A DNA stretch of 63,754 nucleotides, counting the filler. It is 4 parts of 4 records of this genome, joined end to end, with 100 filler letters (N's around TTAATTAATTAA, not from the genome) between each part and the next. Parts side by side here need not be neighbours in the genome. Positions count along the whole stretch, not along the records: positions 36,595 to 57,584 come from SRR20825006_136; positions 57,685 to 63,754 come from SRR20825006_204; 2 more parts are not named here. One strand, given 5' to 3'. Below are positions 54,031 to 62,660 of this stretch, piece after piece; position 1 is the stretch's first letter; each line of letters begins with the position of its first letter. Under the pieces are notes generated by a model. The model had not been told where the DNA came from. It was given only the letters and a program-made list of their open reading frames with translations, and ran no database searches. The translations under genes and the position numbers were made by a program.

Positions 54031-56109
54031 TTATTTTAAGCGCTTCGTGGTTTTAAGGGCAAATGCATAGGCAAGCGCGGTCTCTTTGATCTTCTCAAAT
54101 CGACCCGACATGCCCGCATGGCCAGCGCCCATATGGGTTTTGAAAATCAGCGGATTCGCATCTGTTTTCAAATCACGCAATTTGGCAACCCACTTGGCAG
54201 GCTCCCAATATGTCACGCGCGGATCCGTCAAACCGGCCATCACAAACATAGCCGGATAATCCTTCGCCTCAACATTGTCATAGGGCGAATAGCTGGCAAT
54301 GTAATCATAATCCTCTTTTGAGGTGATGGGGTTGCCCCATTCCGGCCATTCTGGTGGGGTGAGGGGAAGAGTGTCGTCCAACATCGTGTTCAGCACATCC
54401 ACAAACGGCACCAGCGCGATGATTGAACCGAACAGTTCCGGCGCTTGGTTGGCCACAGCACCCATCAACATGCCGCCAGCGGAACCGCCCATTGCAGCGA
54501 TATTGCCCTTGGCGGTGTATCCTTGTTCAACCAACATTTCGCCGGCCGCGATAAAGTCGCTAAAGGTGTTCTTTTTATTGTGCTTTTTGCCTGCTTTGTA
54601 CCAGTTGTACCCTTTCTCCATGCCGCCGCGAATATGGGCAATAGCATAGACCATGCCACGATCCACAAGGGAGAGGGTGGTGATGGAAAAGCCCGCACCC
54701 ATAGACATGCCATAAGAGCCATAGCCATAAAGCATCAAGGGTGCGCTGCCATCGGGCTTGAAATCGGCGCGGTGCAAAATGGTCACAGGCACTTGGGCGC
54801 CATCAGGCGCCGTGGCAAACAAGCGACGGGTTACATAATCGACAGGGTTGTGACCAGAAGGGATCTCCTGCGTTTTACGCAAGGTGCGCTCTTTGGTTTC
54901 GATTTTATAATCAAACACTTGCGGTGGCGTGGTGGGAGAAGAGTAATAATAACGAATTTCGTCATTATCAAACTCATAACCGCCAGCAACGGAAAGCGTA
55001 TAGGCTTCTTCTTTAAAGCTGATTTCTTCCTCTGTGCCGCTATCCAACTCGCGCACGATCACACGCGGCAAGCCCTCAAACTCTTCCTTGCGGATCAAAT
55101 AGCGTGACTTGAGGAAATAGCCTTTCAGCAACACACCGGGCCGATGTGGCACCAAATCTTGCCAATTTTCCATGCCCGGCTCAGCAACCGGAGCGGTCAC
55201 CAATTTATAATCTTCTGCACCATCCGTGTTGGTGTGGATGTAGAACAGGCCATTAGCATCATCCACATGATATTCATGCCCATTTTTGCGCTCGGCAATC
55301 AGGGTAGGGGCATCCAACTTATGCGCGTCGATGAAACGCACTTCGCTGGTTTCATGGTCGTGGCTATCAATCAGAATATAATTGCCTGAATTGGTTTTGC
55401 CGACACCAAGAAAGAAACCGGAATCCGGCTCCTCATAAATCATTTTGTCATTGGCGGGGTCTTCACCCAAATAATGGTGAAACACCTTGTGGGGACGGTG
55501 ATTTTCGTCCTGAACGGTGTAGAAGAAGCTCTTGGAATCCGCGGCCCACGTCACGCCGCCCGTGGTGCTTTCAATTTTGTCTTCAAGCTCTTCGCCAGTG
55601 CTCAAATCACGCACAAAAATGGTGAAATATTCAGAGCCTTTGCGGTCGGCGGACCAAGCAAGCAATTTGTGGTCTGGCGAATGGCTTGTGCCGCCAGAGC
55701 GGAAATAGCCTTCTCCAGCTTCCTTATTCATATCGATCAACACATGCTCATTGCCGCCATCGCGATCTGATCGACAAATCTGCGGATATTGCTGCCCTTC
55801 AAGCGTGCGGGTGAAATAGGCAAAGTCGCCATCTTTAAATGGCACCGAGCTATCATCTTCTTTGATGCGGCCGCGGATTTCTGCGTAAATCTCTTCACGC
55901 AGCGCAGCGCTATCATCCATATGCGCTTCGAAAAATGCATTCTCAGCTTCAAGATAGGCGCGAATATCCTTGTCCAACACTTCAGGATCACGCATGACCT
56001 GCTGCCAATTATCATCGCGCAGCCAATGATAAGGGTCGTTCCGCTCAATCCCGTGGTGAGTGGTCAAATGATCCTTCTTGGCGGCTTTGGGGGGCGTTAA
56101 ATCACTCAT
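54031..56109 (-). CDS. ptrB: Oligopeptidase B (S9A); start at 56109 or 56121
   Basis: DPYHWLR, GGSAGG, DPRV..WEPAKW, AGH catalytic triad motifs. Confidence 0.9.
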   Translation of the reverse strand: MSDLTPPKAAKKDHLTTHHGIERNDPYHWLRDDNWQQVMRDPEVLDKDIRAYLEAENAFFEAHMDDSAALREEIYAEIRGRIKEDDSSVPFKDGDFAYFTRTLEGQQYPQICRSDRDGGNEHVLIDMNKEAGEGYFRSGGTSHSPDHKLLAWSADRKGSEYFTIFVRDLSTGEELEDKIESTTGGVTWAADSKSFFYTVQDENHRPHKVFHHYLGEDPANDKMIYEEPDSGFFLGVGKTNSGNYILIDSHDHETSEVRFIDAHKLDAPTLIAERKNGHEYHVDDANGLFYIHTNTDGAEDYKLVTAPVAEPGMENWQDLVPHRPGVLLKGYFLKSRYLIRKEEFEGLPRVIVRELDSGTEEEISFKEEAYTLSVAGGYEFDNDEIRYYYSSPTTPPQVFDYKIETKERTLRKTQEIPSGHNPVDYVTRRLFATAPDGAQVPVTILHRADFKPDGSAPLMLYGYGSYGMSMGAGFSITTLSLVDRGMVYAIAHIRGGMEKGYNWYKAGKKHNKKNTFSDFIAAGEMLVEQGYTAKGNIAAMGGSAGGMLMGAVANQAPELFGSIIALVPFVDVLNTMLDDTLPLTPPEWPEWGNPITSKEDYDYIASYSPYDNVEAKDYPAMFVMAGLTDPRVTYWEPAKWVAKLRDLKTDANPLIFKTHMGAGHAGMSGRFEKIKETALAYAFALKTTKRLK

Positions 56110-56113
56110 AATC

Positions 56114-56533
56114 TCACTCATCTTCCGGTTGCGGCACAAAGTTCAAAGCGGTTCCATTGGTGCAATATCGTTTTCCTGTGGGTTGTGGCCCATCTTCAAA
56201 CACATGTCCAATATGTGATTTGCAATTGCCGCAAATTATTTCTGTTTTGCGCGAAAAAAAGGTGCGCTGGGCTTGTAGTTCGACTGCGCCACCTTGCGCC
56301 TCGTCATAAAAACTGGGCCAACCTGAGCCTGAATCATATTTATGCTGTGCGGCAAAAAGCAGCGCCCCACAAGCTTTGCACAAATATTGGCCGGGCGCAC
56401 TTTGCTTGTCATATGCATGCGAAAAGGCACGCTCGGTGCCCTTTTTGCGCAGCACATAATATTCCAGCTCACTCAGCTCTTGCTGCCAGTCTTGCTCAGA
56501 CTTTTGCTCGTTTGGTGGGTTTGACATACTCAA
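56114..56533 (-). CDS. msrB: Methionine-R-sulfoxide reductase
   Basis: GTERAF, SGSGWPSF, HIGHVF.DGP.PTG.RYC.N. Confidence 0.93.
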   Translation of the reverse strand: MSMSNPPNEQKSEQDWQQELSELEYYVLRKKGTERAFSHAYDKQSAPGQYLCKACGALLFAAQHKYDSGSGWPSFYDEAQGGAVELQAQRTFFSRKTEIICGNCKSHIGHVFEDGPQPTGKRYCTNGTALNFVPQPEDE

Positions 56534-56816
56534 TCAGGAAAGAATTGTGTTGGCAGTAACGCTTTAATTTGGGGAGCCTAAGCGAAACAATCAAGTCTTT
56601 GCAAAAAAAGGTGACGGTGTTTATACCGTATTTTTGATTTCGCTGATCCGAAAACACTGCAAAACCGTTGTTTCAGCGGCACTTGCCCTTGTCGTTTTCC
56701 TACAGACCGGGTCAAATTGTTTAACTTTTTTCTGCGATTCGAAATAGTGCGGAATAAAAGACGCTAAATTGCAAGATTGCGCCAAACATATTGGCGCGCC
56801 GAATGGAGAGTGATCA

Positions 56817-57584
56817 TTGTCCGACTTGCCAAATCACCATGCCTTGTTGCTGATTGCGCTGGCGCCGTTTGTGGCCGCCTTGTTCGCGCCATGGGTTAAT
56901 CGGTTTGCCAAAGGAATCTCTGGCTGGATTTTGGCCACCGTGCCAGCTGCCATCTTTTTGGTGCTGACCACCTTTATCGGTGACATTGCAGAGGGGCAAA
57001 CCAAGTCTTTCGCCATTTCATGGGTGGATGGACGCTATTTCCACTTCCCCATCAATTTGAGCTTCTTCGTTGACGGTCTTTCGCTGCTCTTTGCGCTGCT
57101 TATTTCCGGCATCGGCACATTTATCGTCACCTATTCAGGTGGTTATTTGAACGGCCACCGCCATCAGGGGCGGTTCTTCTCGTTCATTCTGATGTTCATG
57201 GGCTCCATGCTGGGCTTGGTGTTGGCAGACAACATCATCACCTTGTTCGTGTTTTGGGAACTCACATCCATCACATCATTTTTGCTGATTGGCTTTAATC
57301 ACAATAAAGAGGCTTCGCGCCGCGCCGCCATTCAAGCGCTTGTGGTTACGGGCGGGGGCGGCTTGCTGCTCTTGTTCGGCCTATTGATGATTTTTGCTGT
57401 GAGCGGTCATAGCGAACTGAGCACATTGCTCACAGATCAAAATGTGCTGCGCGACAGCCCGTTTTATTTGATGATTTTGCTGTTGGTGCTTGGCGGTGCC
57501 TTCACCAAATCAGCGCAAGTGCCGTTCCATTTCTGGTTGCCCAACGCAATGGAAGCGCCAACACCTGTTTCAGCCTATCTGCAC
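56817..57584 (+). CDS. Mrp/Pha Na+(K+)/H+ antiporter subunit A, truncated by contig end
   Basis: [39 protein letters not shown]. Confidence 0.9.
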
Positions 57585-57684
57585 NNNNNNNNNNNNNNNN
57601 NNNNNNNNNNNNNNNNNNNNNNNNNNNNTTAATTAATTAANNNNNNNNNNNNNNNNNNNNNNNNNNNNNNNNNNNNNNNNNNNN
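57585..57684. other. Artificial contig linker
   Basis: N-run + TTAATTAATTAA + N-run. Confidence 0.97.
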
Positions 57685-57716
57685 GGTCGCAGGTTCGAAT
57701 CCTGCCACCCCGACAA
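57685..57716 (+). tRNA. 3' part of a tRNA, probably tRNA-Pro; candidate att core
   Basis: GGTCGCAGGTTCGAATCCTGCCACCCCGAC is a T-arm plus acceptor 3' strand typical of tRNA-Pro; anticodon not visible. Confidence 0.75.
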
Positions 57717-57823
57717 AATAGCTTTTAAAAAGCTACAATAAAAATGTAAAATGATGATTTTCAGTAAACTACATTTTTATTAAAAACATTTGATTGTATT
57801 TAAAATCAATGAAAAAGTTACCT

Positions 57824-57850
57824 AATCGGTTACCTCTCAGGTAACCGATT
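57824..57850. repeat. 12-bp inverted repeat upstream of the integrase
   Basis: AATCGGTTACCT-ctc-AGGTAACCGATT followed by T-run. Confidence 0.85.
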
Positions 57851-57942
57851 TTTTTATTATCTTGTATTCGGGAGCTACCACAAGCTCTTATGATTTGACT
57901 TTCGTTTTGTATCACTGAATTATTCATGAAAAACGAGAGATT

Positions 57943-59172
57943 ATGCACGTTTCAAACACATTTTCCATTCTTTTTTGGTTGCATACAGCCAAGCAAAAAG
58001 ACAATTTAGCCCCTATTTACGTACGTATTACTGTTAACGGTAAAAGGACAGAAATTAGCTTAAAACGAACTGTATCGGTTACCTCTTGGGACAGTTCTAA
58101 AAATCGGGTTATTGGTAGGACAGATAGGGTAAAAAGTATTAATTCCTTTTTAGACCAGACACATGCCAAATTGCAGGATTGTTATAGTCAACTACAAAGT
58201 GAATTAAAGCTCATTACAGCACAAAGTATCAAAGCACGGTTTCTTGGTGCTGACGAAAACCATAAGACGCTTCTAGAGCTTATAAAGTATCATAACACAA
58301 ATATGAATGGTACTATTAAGCAAGGAACGATGAAAAATTACTTTAGTACAGAAAAATATTTAAAAAAGTTTCTGCTAAAGAAAATAAAAAGCAACGACAT
58401 CTACCTAAAGCACATCTCTTATAGTTTTATTGTTGATTTTGAAACTTTTTTAAGAACAGCTCCTACTTTAAAAAAACATCAACCATTGAGTAATAATGGT
58501 ATTATGAAACATTTGGAACGGTTAAAAAAACTTATCAACCTTGCTCTAAAACTGGAATGGATAGATAAAGACCCTTTTGCAAGATATAGCTTGAAGTTTA
58601 CAAAATTTGACAGGGTTTATCTTAATAAAGAAGAGTTGGAACAATTGGAGGGTACATCCTTTAAAAATACAACGCACCAAAAGACAAGAGATGTATTTGT
58701 ATTTGCCTGTTATACGGGGTTATCTTATGCGGATATAAAGACATTAACTTCTTCACATATTGTAAGAGGTATTAACGGAGAGTATTGGATTTATACCCGA
58801 AGAGAGAAAAGTAATACTTCGGTTAAAGTTCCATTACTGGATAAAGCACTGTCAATTATTAAAAAATATGATGAGAATCAAGATAGTAGCTCTAATCAAG
58901 TATTACTTCCAGTTTGTAGCAATCAGAAAATGAATAAGTACTTAAAAGAAGTAATGCAAGAATGTAAGATTCACAAAAGGATTACTTTTCATGCAGCAAG
59001 GCACACTTTTGCTACTACAGTTACGCTTTCTAATGGAGTTCCCATAGAAACCGTTTCTAAACTTTTAGGGCATACAAAAATAACGACTACTCAAATCTAT
59101 TCAAGAGTATTGGAACAAAAGATTGGAGATGATATGTTTGCTCTAAAGACAAAATTAAATATGGCTACATAA
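57943..59172 (+). CDS. Tyrosine site-specific integrase, Bacteroidetes type
   Basis: Arm-binding N-terminus (PIYVRITVNGKR), YTGLSYAD, HAARHTFAT, LGH, TTQIY. Confidence 0.95.
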   Translation: MHVSNTFSILFWLHTAKQKDNLAPIYVRITVNGKRTEISLKRTVSVTSWDSSKNRVIGRTDRVKSINSFLDQTHAKLQDCYSQLQSELKLITAQSIKARFLGADENHKTLLELIKYHNTNMNGTIKQGTMKNYFSTEKYLKKFLLKKIKSNDIYLKHISYSFIVDFETFLRTAPTLKKHQPLSNNGIMKHLERLKKLINLALKLEWIDKDPFARYSLKFTKFDRVYLNKEELEQLEGTSFKNTTHQKTRDVFVFACYTGLSYADIKTLTSSHIVRGINGEYWIYTRREKSNTSVKVPLLDKALSIIKKYDENQDSSSNQVLLPVCSNQKMNKYLKEVMQECKIHKRITFHAARHTFATTVTLSNGVPIETVSKLLGHTKITTTQIYSRVLEQKIGDDMFALKTKLNMAT

Positions 59173-59488
59173 GATGATATTTATAATCAAAATTTATAAA
59201 GGTGGAAGGCTTATTTTAAAAACGTCATAGCCTATTATTACTGCTATTCTGTAATTTTTATTTATTTATGCACACCTAATTGCATACTAAAACCAAGAAA
59301 AGAGCTTTGGAGATATAATTTACTCTCTTTTAATATTATAAAGATATGAAAATTAGTAAATAGCACAATCTCTGCAAAAAAATGGTTATACTACGTACTC
59401 ATTGAATTAATTGTCCAGTTTTTTGTTGCAAATCCAAAATATATCTGTAACATATTCCATACTTGTTCGTCGAAAGTTAAAAAAATAA

Positions 59489-60451
59489 ATGCGAACCATA
59501 CTCTTATTAATCTTATCGATCAAATGTCTGTTTTCATTCGCTCAAAATAATGAATTAAAGTGTTCTAAAAGTGACACTTTAGTTATTATCGAGAAGAATT
59601 CTGAAAAAGGTTTTTATCATGACTATATCTTGTTTATTCCAAAAGAAACACCCTTTAACAAAAAAACATACCTACTGGTAGAGCCAAATAATACAGGTAG
59701 AACTACCGATAGTATAGAAGTTCATAAAAAGTATGCTATTGATTTAGCGTCAATAAGTTCTGTAGGAAACAATGTTTCTACAATGCTAAAAATACCCTTA
59801 CTGGTTCCTATATTTCCTAGACCTGCCAAGCAAGAATTAATCTACACTCATGCATTAGACAGAGATGTTATGTTAGAAAAATCTCCTGAATTAAAACGGC
59901 TAGACTTACAATTACTTGCCATAATTAATGATGCTAAAATAGTTTTAAACAAAATGAATATTCAAGTTGATTCAAAAGTATTTATGAGTGGTTTTTCTGC
60001 ATCTGCCACGTTTACAAATCGTTTTTCTTTTATACATCCAGAAGCTATAAAAGCATTAGCCATTGGTGGGTTTAATGGTGAACTGATGCTACCTCAAAAG
60101 GATATTAATGGTACAAAATTAAATTACCCTCTTGGTCTAAACGATTTCACGGTTTTATTTGATAAAAAATTTGATATTGCTTCCTTTAAACAAATTACCC
60201 AATTTATTTATATGGGTGAATTAGATGAAAATGATGCTGTTCAGTTTGATGATGCCTACAGTGAGCATGAACGCCAAATCATTAACAACTACTTAGGGAG
60301 AGAAGTACAAGTAAGGTATTTAAAATGTCAAGAGTTATATTTGGAGAAAAACATTTTTCCGCTTTTTGAGAACTATGAAAATGTTGGACATTGGACAACT
60401 TCAGAAATAAATTTTGCTGTGATAAAATTCTTTTTCAATCAAATGAAATAA
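59489..60451 (+). CDS. Secreted alpha/beta-hydrolase-like hypothetical protein
   Basis: Signal peptide; nucleophile-elbow-like GFSAS, GELDEND, VGH. Confidence 0.6.
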   Translation: MRTILLLILSIKCLFSFAQNNELKCSKSDTLVIIEKNSEKGFYHDYILFIPKETPFNKKTYLLVEPNNTGRTTDSIEVHKKYAIDLASISSVGNNVSTMLKIPLLVPIFPRPAKQELIYTHALDRDVMLEKSPELKRLDLQLLAIINDAKIVLNKMNIQVDSKVFMSGFSASATFTNRFSFIHPEAIKALAIGGFNGELMLPQKDINGTKLNYPLGLNDFTVLFDKKFDIASFKQITQFIYMGELDENDAVQFDDAYSEHERQIINNYLGREVQVRYLKCQELYLEKNIFPLFENYENVGHWTTSEINFAVIKFFFNQMK

Positions 60452-60694
60452 TCTTACTGCTAACATTGTTAAAAAATGGATACATCAATAACTTTATATA
60501 TATTATTTTAGTTTTGTCTCACGTTACTTTATATAGCTGGTAATCGTTATGCATTATCTTACCCCGTGCTGAATATGAAGACATAGAAAATGGAATTAAG
60601 TAAGAATTAAACAACACATTTCATGTCGATGGACAGGTTTTTTCGATAGCACCTGATTTACTTTGCTAAGAAGCTTTTGAGTTAGGGAAACTAA

Positions 60695-60853
60695 AACTTT
60701 TCTGGGAGGGTGAAAATATGGTATGGTAGGAATATAAAAAAGGAATTGGAATTTTTTACATCATTGGGTTTACATCCCGAAACAGGTAAAACATTAGACC
60801 CAATTACAGATTATATGATAAAAAAATATGCGTGCCCTAAAAAAATGCCTTAA
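60695..60853 (+). pseudogene. Probable gene remnant (C-terminal fragment)
   Basis: Open frame reads VKIWYGRNIKKELEFFTSLGLHPETGKTLDPITDYMIKKYACPKKMP; in-frame TAA at 60692. Confidence 0.45.
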
Positions 60854-61130
60854 AATTAAGAGTTTAGACTCTTTTATCAATACTCTCTTTATCAAAAGCT
60901 ATTAAATTGAATAGCTGATGAATTCTTTAACTTGCTCGTTTACAGCATATCTATTATAAATCCTGTGCGTTCGGTCTTGTCGTTGCATGGGTTCTTATTT
61001 TTCAATACATAAATAAAATTGATTTTTTATCCTGATAAGTTCAACTTGTGATTAAGATTCTTGACACCAACATGTAGTTGGTTAACCTAGTAATTTAAAC
61101 AAAAAATATTAATTAAGAGTATGGTTGACT

Positions 61131-61358
61131 TTAGATAGCTCTTTCTGGCCAAAAGTCTTTAGGAGAACATTTGAATATTTTGGCAATTGCATTTAGATGA
61201 TTCAAATTGTATTTGGCTCTTCTGCTTTTAGCTTCTACATGAGATATAAAACTATCGTTCATTTCCAGTCTCTGAGAAAGCTCTAATTGTGTAATGTTGA
61301 GCTCTAAACGCTTTTTTCTAATTGAATTTATTATATGTTGTTCTATATCAGTTGCCAA
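61131..61358 (-). CDS. Xre-family HTH transcriptional regulator
   Basis: IRKKRLELNITQLELSQRL...FISHVE...LNAIAKIF; TTG start. Confidence 0.88.
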   Translation of the reverse strand: MATDIEQHIINSIRKKRLELNITQLELSQRLEMNDSFISHVEAKSRRAKYNLNHLNAIAKIFKCSPKDFWPERAI

Positions 61359-61404
61359 TTCGGGTAGATTTATTACAAAGAGCTACTATTTTTACATTCT
61401 TTTC

Positions 61405-61422
61405 AATGGTACATGTACCATT
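61405..61422. promoter_or_regulatory. Perfect 18-bp palindrome, candidate HTH operator
   Basis: AATGGTACATGTACCATT between the divergent HTH and sigma genes. Confidence 0.7.
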
Positions 61423-61438
61423 ATTTAAATAATTTTAT

Positions 61439-61446
61439 TATATTTG
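61439..61446 (+). promoter_or_regulatory. Bacteroidetes -7 promoter element
   Basis: TATATTTG matches TAnnTTTG and points toward the sigma gene. Confidence 0.55.
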
Positions 61447-61464
61447 ACTATCAGTTAATGATTT

Positions 61465-61830
61465 AGCATTAAAAGCATTGTCCTTAACAATATTTTAGTG
61501 CATACTAAATATAGACTCCCATATAAAAAGTTATCTATAACAAATGCTTTTTAGGATATTTAAAAGAGAAATTAAAATAATTGGTTTTTTCCGTTATGGG
61601 GATGGTGTAACTGTATTTGATATTCTATTTAAGAAAAAGCCAAAGAACCCAATATGATATTTTTAATTATAGGATACCCTGTTGCACTTTTTTAATTCCG
61701 GTAATCGATAATTTTAATCCTATAATTCACGCACTTCATTTTTCATGGTATCCGGCCATGCTTCTATTAATAAAGATTTAATGTTGATTCTTTCTTGTCA
61801 TTACAGGGCTAGGCAATTGCATGGCTTTGA
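61465..61830 (+). ncRNA. Putative structured leader or ncRNA upstream of the sigma gene
   Basis: No ORF of 60 aa or more; successive inverted repeats AAAAGCATT/AATGCTTTT, TTGGTTTTTTC/GAAAAAGCCAA, AATTATAGGAT/ATCCTATAATT, GCCATGC/GCATGGC. Confidence 0.35.
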
Positions 61831-61872
61831 TAATTTCAAGTGGTTTTAGCATTTAATAAAACAAAATCTATT

Positions 61873-62658
61873 ATGCCACACACAAACTTTGAATTATTAA
61901 AAAATAATGATCCCGCTGCTTTGGTTAAAATTCATGCGCAATACAACAGAAGTATCTTCTGGGTGGGCAAGCGATGGCTGGATGATGAATTTGTGATAGC
62001 AACCTTGGTTCAAAATGTTTTTTTAAAACTGTGGGTTTGTAGGGATAGAATAGAAACACCAAAACATATTTACTTTTTCTTAAAGTTTGTGATGAAAAGA
62101 GAATGTATATCCTACTACAGCAAGCCCAGAAATAAGTTTTATAGAAAAATTTATTCCTTAGATAATTTCAATAATTATCAAGATTATATGGTAGGCTATA
62201 ACCCAGAAAAAGTCGATACACATCTTCAAGATCAGGAATTCGAACAGCAGCAATTTGAAAAGCTCAAGAAGGTATTACCTCTCTTAAGTAACGAGAGAAA
62301 GCATCTAATAGAACTCTGTTTAAAATACGGTTTTCAATATAAAGCAATTGGTGCAGTGATGGGAAAAGGTATTACAGAGACCAGTAACGAGGTTAAAAGA
62401 GCCATAGAAGATTTAAAAACCATCATCCATCAGGGAGGTATGAAGGCAGTTATGAAAAGTCCAACTATTGGGATAAAGGTTCAAGGTGTAATGACCGAAG
62501 AACAAAAAAGAGTATTGGAGTTACGATGTAAAGAGAAACAGTCTTTTGCATTTATCGCCAATGAACTTAAACTATCCCAAAAGGAAGTCCACAAAGAATT
62601 TGTGGCTGCCTATAAGCTAATGCAAGAGCAACATAAGCAGCAATTAAAATCAGCATAG
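61873..62658 (+). CDS. Atypical ECF sigma factor (RpoE-like) with an extra C-terminal sigma4-like HTH
   Basis: sigma2 LVQNVFLKLW; sigma4 LSNERKHLIEL...YKAIGAVMG; second MTEEQKRVLELR...SFAFIANELKLS; ATG 61873. Confidence 0.8.
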   Translation: MPHTNFELLKNNDPAALVKIHAQYNRSIFWVGKRWLDDEFVIATLVQNVFLKLWVCRDRIETPKHIYFFLKFVMKRECISYYSKPRNKFYRKIYSLDNFNNYQDYMVGYNPEKVDTHLQDQEFEQQQFEKLKKVLPLLSNERKHLIELCLKYGFQYKAIGAVMGKGITETSNEVKRAIEDLKTIIHQGGMKAVMKSPTIGIKVQGVMTEEQKRVLELRCKEKQSFAFIANELKLSQKEVHKEFVAAYKLMQEQHKQQLKSA

Positions 62659-62660
62659 TT

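Noticed and set aside
59173-61872. Search for a CRISPR array in the intergenic regions of contig 4
   Set aside because: No regularly spaced direct repeats found by eye
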